A stretch of DNA of 36,796 nucleotides, taken from positions 1 to 36,796 of IMG/VR virus record IMGVR_UViG_2537562172_000001; one strand, 5' to 3'. Under the pieces are notes generated by a model. That model was not told the DNA's origin. It made no database searches and saw nothing but the letters and a program-made list of their open reading frames with translations. Source of the stretch: a virus. Its lineage: Duplodnaviria > Heunggongvirae > Uroviricota > Caudoviricetes. This document shows positions 1-8,627 of this stretch, piece by piece. The first letter of the stretch is position 1. Each line of letters opens with the position of its first letter. The position numbers and the translations under genes were made by a program.

Positions 1-282
1 ATGAAAGCTAAATTTTTTATTGGGATGTGTCTTTGTTTTGTGTCTGTGTTGGGGTACGCAAAGACTAATAAATCTGACAGTCAAATTAAACAAGAAATAA
101 TCAGAGAGTCTATTGAATCTTATCCCGGAAATTGTGCATGCCCTTATAATCATGCAAGAAATGGAAGTCGATGCGGTGGGCGTAGTGCGTACAGCCGTAG
201 CGGAGGATATAACGTGATTTGTTATGCGAGTGATGTTACTGATGAAATGGTTAGGCAATGGAGACAAGAGCATAATAGTTAA
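1..282 (+). CDS. Small secreted cysteine-rich hypothetical protein (93 aa) with N-terminal signal peptide
   Basis: Complete ORF, ATG at base 1 to TAA at 280-282. Hydrophobic N-terminus MKAKFFIGMCLCFVSVLGYA looks like a Sec signal peptide; mature part is Cys/Gly/Arg/Tyr-rich. Followed by a hairpin plus T-run. No family recognised from memory. Confidence 0.5.
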   Translation: MKAKFFIGMCLCFVSVLGYAKTNKSDSQIKQEIIRESIESYPGNCACPYNHARNGSRCGGRSAYSRSGGYNVICYASDVTDEMVRQWRQEHNS

Positions 283-322
283 TTTTAATTAACTATTTTG
301 TTGATAAAGAAATAAAAGAAAA

Positions 323-353
323 CCCGCAGTCTTTACGCTGCGGGTTTGTTGTT
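323..353. terminator. Rho-independent terminator, possibly bidirectional
   Basis: Stem cccgcag / ctgcggg with 7-nt loop, followed by TTTGTTGTT on the plus strand and preceded by an A-rich run (T-run on the minus strand). Sits between the convergent ORF1 and hok-like gene. Confidence 0.6.
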
Positions 354-433
354 CATGTCTGTGAGATAGGGTGCCTTATCGACCTTACCCTGGCAACCGA
401 TTGACGGGGGATTGCTCCCCCGTCGCGGTTTCC

Positions 434-574
434 TTACTGCTTACACTGTAAGAACGCCGCAAACTCCGCTCCCCAGAAGCTCATCCGTATTTCACACAGC
501 GAACCGTGCAGCATCCAGATGATGAGGATTGCCGTCACGCAGAACGTGATGGTCGTAAGCGATTTTTGCGACAT
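434..574 (-). CDS. Hok/Gef-family type I toxin-like small membrane protein (46 aa)
   Basis: Hand translation of the minus strand gives MSQKSLTTITFCVTAILIIWMLHGSLCEIRMSFWGAEFAAFLQCKQ: one hydrophobic helix, then SLCEIR and E-x-AAF with the same spacing as R1 Hok (KSLCEIRYRDGHREVAAF). Under 60 aa, so absent from the ORF track. Confidence 0.6.
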   Translation of the reverse strand: MSQKSLTTITFCVTAILIIWMLHGSLCEIRMSFWGAEFAAFLQCKQ

Positions 575-704
575 AGCACTTGCTCCTTTTTCGGAGAGGT
601 GCTAACCTTTCACTTGTCAAGGTAATGCGGTTAGGGCCTCGGTTAAACAGGGATGTTTTCCGGGGCCTTTCCACATCTGGCCTTCGGGTATTCCCTCCGA
701 CCAT
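492..704 (-). CDS. mok-like overlapping reading frame upstream of and overlapping the hok-like gene
   Basis: 70-aa ORF in a different frame that overlaps the 5' part of the hok-like gene, as mok does in hok/sok loci. Product is basic and low-complexity; assignment is by position only. Confidence 0.3.
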   Translation of the reverse strand: MVGGNTRRPDVERPRKTSLFNRGPNRITLTSERLAPLRKRSKCYVAKIAYDHHVLRDGNPHHLDAARFAV

Positions 705-764
705 CAGCCGAAAGGCACCCGCGCGTAATCTATCGCTTTTTTGTTACTCCGGCAATTCTGCCTG

Positions 765-1025
765 TTAATTCTGAGATAAAGGTAAACTCATCTGATTGTT
801 TCCCCTGTGTGAAGCTGGCAGATCATGCCACGGGATACCTTCTGAAGAGTGAACGCCGGAGGCGTGTTTCGATGTGAATTTATGGAAAGCTTCCAGTGTT
901 GAGAAGCATACGCCGCATTCCAGGTTGTTACACTGGTAATACTTTTGCCGCACGGTGTTTGAATCATTTTCCGGACGACTGGTGCGGATACGGGCAGATG
1001 CGCCACAAAGCGGACAACGGAACAT
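765..1025 (-). CDS. ogr: Ogr-type zinc-finger late transcription activator
   Basis: N-terminus MFRCPLCGASARIRTSR...YYQCNNLECGVCF matches the P2 Ogr C4 zinc-finger pattern (MFHCPLC...HQCQNVNC). Lies directly downstream of D as in P2. Confidence 0.8.
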   Translation of the reverse strand: MFRCPLCGASARIRTSRPENDSNTVRQKYYQCNNLECGVCFSTLEAFHKFTSKHASGVHSSEGIPWHDLPASHRGNNQMSLPLSQN

Positions 1026-1067
1026 AGCGACCTCCCTTAACGTGGTGCTGCCGCTATTCTAAGTTGC

Positions 1068-2177
1068 TCACTCTGTTTCCGCTATCCATTCCGGGATTTT
1101 TGCCTCAAGCTCAAGCTGCGTGGTAAAGCCGCTGTTATCAATGGTGTGCTCGGCTTTTGCAATAATCCAGTCCTGATTATCAATCTCGCTTTTAAATCCT
1201 GTTACCGTGCCATGCATTTCGGGGTAGAGTTCTGCGCGTCCACGTGCCAGCGTGATGGAAAATGATGCGGCTCCGCGTTGTAGCTGCTGCCACTTTGCCG
1301 CCGCTGCGCGTCTTGCTGCCTGCTCGTTCTGATAAGTTTTGCGTAACACAAATACGTTGCCTTCCGCACCTTCCATATAGTCACCTTCGCGGCTGCTGCT
1401 TTTCTCCTTTTTGGGTTTTGGCGGTTTGCGGCGTTTCACGCTGACTTTTTTCTTTTTCCCGTAATTAAGATCAAGCCAGTAGGCGCGTACACCCGTATAC
1501 GCCTCGCGGTCAGCAATGCGGAACTGATGGCGATCTCCGCTGCTGCGTGTGATGGCAAACGATGGCAACGGCTGGCCCTGCGCGTTCACGCCACCGCCGG
1601 GCATGATGAATAACAGATTACCGCTTTTTACCGTGGTGATTGCGCCCAGCATTTCCGCCATGCGCGTAAGGAAGGACATATCACTTTCTTCGGTCTGGTC
1701 GGCGTGGTCGATTTCAATATCCATCAGCATTTCGCTGATTTGCGGTTTCAGGCCGTATCGGTGAGCAATTGCAGACACCACGCGTTCAACGGTCACATCA
1801 TGCCAGGATACTTCGCGCTTGACGTTAAATTCATCCCGAAAATCTGCGCTTCTGGCTGAAATGGTCAGTCTGTCGGGCGGTCCTTCATGAGCAATTTCAT
1901 CAACAATGTAAGTGCCTTTTTCTGTCAGCGGTTCGCCTTTCCAGCCAATGAGAACCGTCAGGCGCGCGCCCCGTGGCGGTAGCTGCAACTGACCATCCGC
2001 ATCATCCAGCGTGATGGTGAGCTGGTCTGCCTCAAATCCCCGGTTGTCGGTCAGTGACAGGCTCATCAGGCGCTCTGCCACGCCTGACAGCGTTTTACCC
2101 TCCGCGAGAATATCAAAATCCGGCATTTTCACGGGGTCTGTGCCCTGACTGAGCAATTGCATGGTGGTATCGGTCAT
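1068..2177 (-). CDS. D: Tail protein D (late control D family)
   Basis: Long ORF 1068..2309. Likely start is the ATG at 2177..2175 (MTDTTMQLL...), preceded by AGGGAGGG at SD spacing. Size and position (next to ogr) fit P2 gpD. Confidence 0.85.
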   Translation of the reverse strand: MTDTTMQLLSQGTDPVKMPDFDILAEGKTLSGVAERLMSLSLTDNRGFEADQLTITLDDADGQLQLPPRGARLTVLIGWKGEPLTEKGTYIVDEIAHEGPPDRLTISARSADFRDEFNVKREVSWHDVTVERVVSAIAHRYGLKPQISEMLMDIEIDHADQTEESDMSFLTRMAEMLGAITTVKSGNLLFIMPGGGVNAQGQPLPSFAITRSSGDRHQFRIADREAYTGVRAYWLDLNYGKKKKVSVKRRKPPKPKKEKSSSREGDYMEGAEGNVFVLRKTYQNEQAARRAAAAKWQQLQRGAASFSITLARGRAELYPEMHGTVTGFKSEIDNQDWIIAKAEHTIDNSGFTTQLELEAKIPEWIAETE

Positions 2178-2334
2178 CTGTTCCCTCCCTGTGCGGCATG
2201 GTCGCATGTGCGTGCGGAAGGGGTTACTGCTTTTTGTTGTCGCCGGGTCGGGAGAACGGCGCAGGGGTGAGATTACGCGCGTGGTGGGTGATGATTGTTG
2301 CCGAATCATTTAACGGATACAAGGGGCTGAAGCT

Positions 2335-3519
2335 ATGAGTGAAACTCGTTTTCATGGTGCCCGTGTTACGGAAAATACCGACCTGGTAACAGCGATTAAC
2401 GATGTTGATTCCAGTGTTATCGGTATCGTGGCAACGGCGGATGATGCGGACGCGGAGCTGTTCCCGCTGAACAAGCCCACACTGCTGACCCGCGTCAATG
2501 ACGTGCTGGGAAAATGCGGAACAACGGGGACGCTTTATCGTGCGCTTAAGGCCATCGCAGACCAGGTGAGCACAAAGGTGATCGTCGTTCGCGTGGCTGA
2601 ACACAAAGAAGAAGACGGAAAAACGCAGGATCAACTGGTTATCGGTGGTTCTGAATCTGACGGCAGCTATACGGGGATGTATGCGCTGCTTGTTGCAGAG
2701 CAGGATGAAAGCATCGGATACCGTCCGCGTATTCTGGCCGCGCCGGAGCTGGACACGGAGGCGGTAACAAAATCCCTGTGCGTGATTGCGGGTAAACTGC
2801 GCGCGTTTGTGTATGCCTCATGTCACGGCTGTAACACGATGGCTGAGGCGATTACCTACCGCCAGAAATTCAACGAACGTGAGGTGATGCTCTTATGGCC
2901 GGACTTCATCGCCTACAACCCGAAAAGTGGCAAAAACGAAACGTTCCCCGCGCCTGCTTATGCGTGCGGCCTTCGTGCGTACATTGACCATGAGCAGGGC
3001 TGGCACAAATCGCTGTCCAACGTTCCGGTTAAAAATGTGCTGGGAATGTCCAGGCATGTGTTCTGGTCGTTGCAGGCCGAAGACAGCGATGCCAACAGCC
3101 TCAATAACAAAGAAATCACGACCATTATTCGTCGCAACGGGTTCCGCTTCTGGGGCAACCGCACACCGGAAACGAACGCCTACATCTTTGAGGTGTATAC
3201 CCGAACCGCACAGGTGCTGGCTGATTCAATTGCGGAAGCGCAGTTTGAAACCATCGACAGTCCACTGACGCCTGCGAACGTGAAGGATGTTATCAGTGCC
3301 ATCAGGGCAAAACTGGATTCGCTGGTTACTGCCGGGAAACTGATTGGTGCGGAGTGCTGGTATGACGTGGTGGATAACGGCACCACGAATTTACGTCAGG
3401 GACGTGTGCGTATTCGCTACAAATATACGCCCGTTCCGCCACTGGAAGACATGGAGCTTTACCAGACGTTTACTGATGAATTCTTTGGTCCCGCATTTGC
3501 GGTGCTGGGAGGTGCCTGA
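2335..3519 (+). CDS. FI: Contractile tail sheath protein
   Basis: 394 aa. Motifs LIRRNGFRFWGNRT and YKYTPVPPLE resemble P2 FI (LIRRDGFRFWGNRT, YDYTPVPPLE). Followed immediately by the tube gene. Confidence 0.9.
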   Translation: MSETRFHGARVTENTDLVTAINDVDSSVIGIVATADDADAELFPLNKPTLLTRVNDVLGKCGTTGTLYRALKAIADQVSTKVIVVRVAEHKEEDGKTQDQLVIGGSESDGSYTGMYALLVAEQDESIGYRPRILAAPELDTEAVTKSLCVIAGKLRAFVYASCHGCNTMAEAITYRQKFNEREVMLLWPDFIAYNPKSGKNETFPAPAYACGLRAYIDHEQGWHKSLSNVPVKNVLGMSRHVFWSLQAEDSDANSLNNKEITTIIRRNGFRFWGNRTPETNAYIFEVYTRTAQVLADSIAEAQFETIDSPLTPANVKDVISAIRAKLDSLVTAGKLIGAECWYDVVDNGTTNLRQGRVRIRYKYTPVPPLEDMELYQTFTDEFFGPAFAVLGGA

Positions 3520-4031
3520 TGGCTGTACCAAAACATCTTCGCTTTTTTACGTTGTTTGTGGATGGTGAAAACGAAGTGGGTAAAGTGACATCCGTCACGC
3601 CGCCCAAACTGACGCGCAAAACCGACAGCTATCGTGGTGGTGGCATGATGGGGGCGGTAAGTATTGATCTCGGTCTGGACGACTCCGCGCTTGATGCGAG
3701 TTTTGTTATGGGGGGAGCTGTTCGTGCGCTGTTCCTTAAATATGGCGGCACGATTGACGGCACGCTGCTGCGTTTTGCGGGTGAATACTACACCGATGCA
3801 GAAAGCGATCTGTATGAAATCGAGATGCGCGGGCGTGTGACGGAAATTGATATGGGGGAAGCCAAACAGGGCGAAGCCACATCACACACTTACGCTGTCA
3901 AAAACACCTACTACAAGCTGAGCGTTAACGATCGCCCGCTGTGGGAAATCGACCTGTTGAACCACATCTACCGGAAGGACGGCAAGGACATTGTTCCTGA
4001 CCGTATCCGTTCCGCGCTTGGGCTTGGCTGA
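3519..4031 (+). CDS. FII: Tail tube protein
   Basis: 170 aa, directly after the sheath gene with overlapping stop/start (TGATG). Size and position match P2 FII. Confidence 0.88.
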   Translation: MAVPKHLRFFTLFVDGENEVGKVTSVTPPKLTRKTDSYRGGGMMGAVSIDLGLDDSALDASFVMGGAVRALFLKYGGTIDGTLLRFAGEYYTDAESDLYEIEMRGRVTEIDMGEAKQGEATSHTYAVKNTYYKLSVNDRPLWEIDLLNHIYRKDGKDIVPDRIRSALGLG

Positions 4032-4086
4032 TAAGTAATATGCAGGCGGCGCAGTGCGTCGCCTCTGACTGAAAAGGAGAAAACTG

Positions 4087-4461
4087 ATGAAAGACATCGA
4101 TACTGAAACCCGGAATAACACCGTGGTGGATGATGTGACGGCAGGTGAGGATATGGCTGTCGAACGTGGCGTAAAACTGACCCGACCAATTGAGCGTGGT
4201 GGCGAAAAAATCACGTATGTGGAGATCACCGGGGCTATTGAACAGGCTGGATCCCTGCGTGGTCTGTCGCTGTCTGATGTGCTGAATCTGAAAGCGGATA
4301 CCATGTTCACGCTGTTGCCTCGCGTGACCTCGCCACGACTGGATGAAGTGATGATTAAAAAAATGTCGTCACGCGATTTTATTCAGTTGTGCGCTGTGGC
4401 TGTAAATTTTATGAGCGAGCCAGACTCTGGCGCGAAGAGCGTGCAGGAGACGGCAGCGTAA
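4087..4461 (+). CDS. E: Tail assembly chaperone E
   Basis: 124-aa acidic ORF between the tube and tape-measure genes, overlapped at its 3' end by a -1 frame ORF, which is the E/E' arrangement. Confidence 0.75.
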   Translation: MKDIDTETRNNTVVDDVTAGEDMAVERGVKLTRPIERGGEKITYVEITGAIEQAGSLRGLSLSDVLNLKADTMFTLLPRVTSPRLDEVMIKKMSSRDFIQLCAVAVNFMSEPDSGAKSVQETAA

Positions 4462-4625
4462 TCACCCTGGTGTGCTTTGAGCACATCGAAGATCTGGTGG
4501 CAGATATCGCCGCCATTTTTAACTGGTCGCCCGCCGAAATCTTCATGATGACGCCCGGCGAAGTGGTTAGCTGGCGTGAGCGGGCGGCACTTCGCAGCGG
4601 GAATGCAGACAATGAAGACTCTTGA
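4389..4625 (+). CDS. E' extension frame, expected to be expressed as an E+E' fusion by -1 programmed frameshift
   Basis: ORF in the -1 frame relative to E, overlapping E 4389..4461. Candidate slippery heptamer A_AAT_TTT at about 4404..4410 in the E frame. Ends with its stop overlapping the T start region. Confidence 0.55.
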   Translation: MRCGCKFYERARLWREERAGDGSVITLVCFEHIEDLVADIAAIFNWSPAEIFMMTPGEVVSWRERAALRSGNADNEDS

Positions 4626-7419
4626 TATCCGGGTCGCTTTCAGCGCCGTTGACAGACTGACCCGGCCTGCCGAAAACGCCCGCCGCCTGATGGGGCAGTT
4701 TGGTGACTCCATCCAGCGAACGCAGGGGGCGATCAAAAATCTCGAGCGTCAGGCGCGATCATTTGAGCGCGCCCGCGACGCTGTCAGTAAAGCGGATGCG
4801 GGCATCGTGAAAGCACGACGCCAGCTTAACGCCCTTAATCAGTTACAACGCACGGGTACAGTGCTCAGCGAAAAACAACAAAAACTGATGCAGCAGTTAA
4901 GCACCCGGCTTGAACGCCTGAATGAATCGCGTACACGGGAAATTCAGAAAATGCGGGAGCTTGGCGGAGAGCTGAAACGCCACGGCATTTCCCTGACAGG
5001 CAGCGATAACACCATCCAGCAGGCCATCAGACGCACCGAACAGTACAACAACCAGCTTGAACGCGAACGGCAGGCGCTTGCGCGTGTAACGCGGGCGCGT
5101 GAGCGGTATTCGCGCGCGCAGGAAACCGCGGGAAAACTGAAAACAGGTGGTGCGCTGGCAATTGGTGCGGCAGCGGCTGGCGGCTATGCTGCCGGGCGTT
5201 TTTTGCAGCCTGCGATCGGGTTCGGGAAAGAGATGTCCCGCGTTCAGGCACTGACGCGAATCGACAAAAACAGCCCGCAGTTTAAGGCGCTGCGTGAGCA
5301 GGCGTTAAAACTTGGCTCTGAAACGCAGTTCACCGCTGGAGATGCCGCCAGTGGACAGGCATTTCTTGCAATGGCGGGCTTCACACCGCAGGCCATTCAG
5401 GCTGCGCTTCCGGGCGTGCTGAGCATGGCAACGGCTGGCGGTATGGATCTCGGCGAGACGGCGGATATTGGCTCAAATATCCTGACGCAGTTCGGCCTTT
5501 CTGCTGACCAGATGGACCGGGTTGGCGACACGCTCACCGCAGCGTTTACCCGTACCAACACTGACCTTCGCGCACTGGGCGAAACCATGAAATATGCAGG
5601 TCCGGTGGCGGGTAAGCTGGGAATATCGCTGGAGCAGGCCGCAGCGATGGCGGGCGTGCTGGCGAATATGGGTATCAGAGGGAGTGATGCCGGGACGGCA
5701 ATGCGTGCCAGCCTGTCCCGCCTGGTAACACAGCCAAAGGCAACCGCTGATGCTCTGAAAGAGCTGGGGGTGGCTGTCTCTGATGCGAACGGCAAAATGC
5801 GCCCGATGGAGGATGTGCTGGCCGACCTTTATAAAGCCACCCGCAAATACGGGGAAGTTGACCGGGTATCCTTCTTTAAGGACATCGCCGGAGAAGAGGC
5901 TTTCACGTCATTTATGGCCCTCGTTGATGCGGCGGGTAACGGCTCCTTACCCAAACTGAGAAAAGAACTTGAGGGCGCACGCGGTGAGGCTGAACGCACG
6001 GCAAAGGTTATGGCCGACAACCTTGATGGCGACCTGAAATCACTCGGCAGTGCATGGGAAGGGTTGCGCATCCGCATTGCAGATCTGATTGACGGTCCGC
6101 TGCGTTCTGTCACGCAGTGGCTCACGCGGGTGGTCTCAAAGGTGACTGCGCTGGCGCAGGCCCATCCGGCACTGACGCGCCAGTTACTGATAGCGGGAGG
6201 CGCACTGCTGGCGACAACAGCAACGGTTGGTTCGTTGTCGCTGGTTATTGGGGTGCTTTACGGGAAGCTTGCCACCCTGCGTCTTGGTTTTGACATTCTT
6301 ACCCGGTCAATGAATGTCGTCAGGGTGTTGCCTGCGCTGTGGGGAATGGTGACGGGTTCCGTTTCTTTGCTGGGAGGCGCTATCGGGGCGCTGTTCAGTC
6401 CGGTTGGTCTTGTCGTGGCTGCGCTTGCCGGAGCTGCTGTTCTTATCTGGAAATACTGGGATCCCATCAGGGCATTTTTTGCCGGGGTGTTCAGCGGGAT
6501 TATGGAAAGGCTGACCCCGTTGCGCGAAACCTTTGAACGGTTTGGTCCTGTTTTTGACGCAATCGGAAGCGGGATCAGCCAGGTGTTTAACTGGTTTAAA
6601 TCGCTGTTGTCACCGATGGAGTCCAGCAAGGAAACGCTGGATAAATGTACCAGTGCTGGCGAGATATTCGGTAACGTTCTTGGTGGTGCGTTACAACTTG
6701 TTCTGACACCTGCAAAAATGCTACTGGATACGCTGGCGTGGATACTTGAAAAACTTGGCGTCCTTCCGGATGAAGCGGAAAGGGCGCGCAAGAAAATCGA
6801 AGACGCACAGCGTGCGGCCATTCTTCAGGACAAGGTTGCCTTACTTCAGGGGGACCTGGCGAAAATCAATCCGCCGAAGCCTGTGGAAAATGGCAATGGC
6901 ACCGGAGGTGATAAACCCAAAGACAACAAACCGCTTACAGACAGCAATACCGGGACGCTACGCAGACTCAGCAAAATTGCTGATAACACAGGTAAGCTGG
7001 TTGATGAGACGAAAAAACGCATTGGCCCCGGCGATATTGTCTTTAAGAACCTGCCCCGCGCACTTGCTGTTCGTGGGGAGTGGCAGGAGCGGAAGATTGC
7101 GCAGGTCAGTAAGCCTGCCCCCGCAATTAATATCACACCCGTGGTCCCGGCTCCGCTGCCTCCGGCGCTGGTCCCTGTTGTTGCGGCCAGCTCCCGCCCG
7201 GTGGCGGAGGCCATACGATCTCCAGTGGCATCAGTTCCTGTAACTTCCCGTAACCGGGAGCCTGTTGCCTCCGGATTTGGTGGTGAAATTCATGTTCATC
7301 TGCATAACGTTGTTACGCAGAATCCCCGCGAACTGGCGAAACTGGTCGGTGAAATGGTCAGGGCAGAAATGGAACGGCGCGCCCGTGCCGGACGTGGCAG
7401 TTTTTACGATAAAGATTGA
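4576..7419 (+). CDS. T: Tail tape measure protein
   Basis: 947-aa ORF with coiled-coil-rich N-terminal half and Gly/Ala-rich hydrophobic central segments; sits between E/E' and U. True start may be the ATG at 4603 or 4612 rather than the GTG at 4576. Confidence 0.9.
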   Translation: MSGRHFAAGMQTMKTLDIRVAFSAVDRLTRPAENARRLMGQFGDSIQRTQGAIKNLERQARSFERARDAVSKADAGIVKARRQLNALNQLQRTGTVLSEKQQKLMQQLSTRLERLNESRTREIQKMRELGGELKRHGISLTGSDNTIQQAIRRTEQYNNQLERERQALARVTRARERYSRAQETAGKLKTGGALAIGAAAAGGYAAGRFLQPAIGFGKEMSRVQALTRIDKNSPQFKALREQALKLGSETQFTAGDAASGQAFLAMAGFTPQAIQAALPGVLSMATAGGMDLGETADIGSNILTQFGLSADQMDRVGDTLTAAFTRTNTDLRALGETMKYAGPVAGKLGISLEQAAAMAGVLANMGIRGSDAGTAMRASLSRLVTQPKATADALKELGVAVSDANGKMRPMEDVLADLYKATRKYGEVDRVSFFKDIAGEEAFTSFMALVDAAGNGSLPKLRKELEGARGEAERTAKVMADNLDGDLKSLGSAWEGLRIRIADLIDGPLRSVTQWLTRVVSKVTALAQAHPALTRQLLIAGGALLATTATVGSLSLVIGVLYGKLATLRLGFDILTRSMNVVRVLPALWGMVTGSVSLLGGAIGALFSPVGLVVAALAGAAVLIWKYWDPIRAFFAGVFSGIMERLTPLRETFERFGPVFDAIGSGISQVFNWFKSLLSPMESSKETLDKCTSAGEIFGNVLGGALQLVLTPAKMLLDTLAWILEKLGVLPDEAERARKKIEDAQRAAILQDKVALLQGDLAKINPPKPVENGNGTGGDKPKDNKPLTDSNTGTLRRLSKIADNTGKLVDETKKRIGPGDIVFKNLPRALAVRGEWQERKIAQVSKPAPAINITPVVPAPLPPALVPVVAASSRPVAEAIRSPVASVPVTSRNREPVASGFGGEIHVHLHNVVTQNPRELAKLVGEMVRAEMERRARAGRGSFYDKD

Positions 7420-7425
7420 GGAGTC

Positions 7426-7920
7426 ATGGCCATGATGATGATCTACGGCATGTTTGTTTTTGAGCTGCGCACATTGCCGCATCAGCAGTTACAGCAAAAC
7501 AAAAGCTGGCGGCATGTGAAAAATGAACGCGTTAACCGCTCAGCAAGCTGGCAGTATATCGGTGCAGGTGATGATCGCATCGTGCTTTCCGGCGTGCTTT
7601 ATCCTGAAATTACAGGTGGCGAAGTGTCGCTTTCGTTGCTGACCACGCAGGCGTATACAGGACGCCCCTGGCCTCTGATTGATGGTGTCGGGCAGATTTA
7701 CGGCATGTATGTACTGACTGAAACGAATACGACCCGCTCCGAGTTTGATCGCTACGGTAAGGCGAAAAAGATAGAATTTTCACTGACCCTTGAACGCTGT
7801 GATGAGGATTTGCGGGAGCGCCTGCAATCCTCATCGTTCAGCGATATGCTGTCCGGCTTCAAAGATAAGGTGACATCATCTCTTAACAGCGCGGCCAGTT
7901 CAGTTAAAGGGCTGTTCTGA
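7426..7920 (+). CDS. U: Tail protein U
   Basis: 164-aa ORF immediately after the tape measure gene; size and position match P2 gpU. Confidence 0.8.
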   Translation: MAMMMIYGMFVFELRTLPHQQLQQNKSWRHVKNERVNRSASWQYIGAGDDRIVLSGVLYPEITGGEVSLSLLTTQAYTGRPWPLIDGVGQIYGMYVLTETNTTRSEFDRYGKAKKIEFSLTLERCDEDLRERLQSSSFSDMLSGFKDKVTSSLNSAASSVKGLF

Positions 7921-7931
7921 TTTAACACAAA

Positions 7932-7967
7932 AACCGCTAATGGTCAGATTAGCGGTTATTTTGTTTT
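7932..7967. terminator. Bidirectional rho-independent terminator between the tail operon and the invertase gene
   Basis: Stem aaccgctaat / attagcggtt with 6-nt loop, then ATTTTGTTTT on the plus strand and an A-rich run upstream (T-run for the minus strand). The invertase stop lies in the hairpin. Confidence 0.6.
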
Positions 7968-8543
7968 CTGACTCTTCTCTATTGTTCCGCTTGATTCTCC
8001 TGCGGGGTGGTAACGATAAATCGTCGATGTACCAATGCCGTAAATTATTGCCAGTTGTTTTCTGTCGTGACCGTTTTTAATCAGCCTTGCTATTTGCTCA
8101 TGCTGTTCTTTTGTCAGCTTCGGGCGACGTCCGCCTGTGCGCCCCCGTGCGCGCGCTGCTGCCAGTCCGGCCAGTGTACGTTCAACAATTAATTCACGTT
8201 CCATTTCAGCCAGGGCACCCATCACGTGGAAGAAAAAACGCCCCATTGGAGAAGATGTATCTATGCTGTCGGTCAGACTGCGAAAATTAATCCCTCGCTC
8301 CCGTAGTTCCCCGACGAGAGAAATCAGATGTTTCATGCTTCGCCCGAGGCGATCCAGTTTCCAGACAACCAGCGTGTCACCTTTTTGAAGGCGCTTTAAA
8401 GCGCGTTTTAATCCCGGTCGGTCTGTCTTTGTCCCGCTTAATTTATCTTCAAATATTTGTTCACATCCTGCACAAACAAGAGCGTTTCGTTGCAGGTCTG
8501 TATTCTGGTCATTTGTTGATACCCTTACATAGCCAATCAGCAC
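7956..8543 (-). CDS. Serine-recombinase DNA invertase (Gin/Pin/Cin/Hin family)
   Basis: Translation contains LIGYVRVSTNDQNTDLQ (catalytic Ser region) and a C-terminal HTH (GIGTSTIYRY) typical of DNA invertases. Probable GTG start at 8543 with GGGAGA at SD spacing. Adjacent to a gix-like site. Confidence 0.9.
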   Translation of the reverse strand: MLIGYVRVSTNDQNTDLQRNALVCAGCEQIFEDKLSGTKTDRPGLKRALKRLQKGDTLVVWKLDRLGRSMKHLISLVGELRERGINFRSLTDSIDTSSPMGRFFFHVMGALAEMERELIVERTLAGLAAARARGRTGGRRPKLTKEQHEQIARLIKNGHDRKQLAIIYGIGTSTIYRYHPAGESSGTIEKSQKTK

Positions 8544-8597
8544 GCTGAATCTCCCGTCCAAAAGCGTAAATCATGCCATGCAGGTCAGAAACGGCCA

Positions 8598-8627
8598 TTA
8601 TCTAAAACCTCGGTTTACAGGAAACGG
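8598..8627. repeat. gix/cix-like inversion crossover site (right inverted repeat)
   Basis: ttatctaaaacctcggtttacaggaaacgg resembles the Gin/Cin recombination-site consensus, and is a near-perfect inverted copy of the site at 11665..11691. Confidence 0.7.

Noticed and set aside
355-900. Possible tmRNA (ssrA) or tRNA integration target at the left flank
   Set aside because: Sequence does not match the remembered ssrA 5' or 3' ends and there is no CCA-terminated acceptor structure. The region is better explained by the hok/mok-like locus.
2224-2634. 136-aa minus-strand ORF overlapping the start of the sheath gene
   Set aside because: Antisense to the well-supported FI coding sequence and to the D-FI intergenic region. 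Judged spurious.
4576-7419. Multiple antisense and out-of-frame ORFs inside the tape measure gene (e.g. 5397..5795, 6258..6821, 6746..7243)
   Set aside because: These are typical artefacts of a long GC-rich gene and show low-complexity translations.
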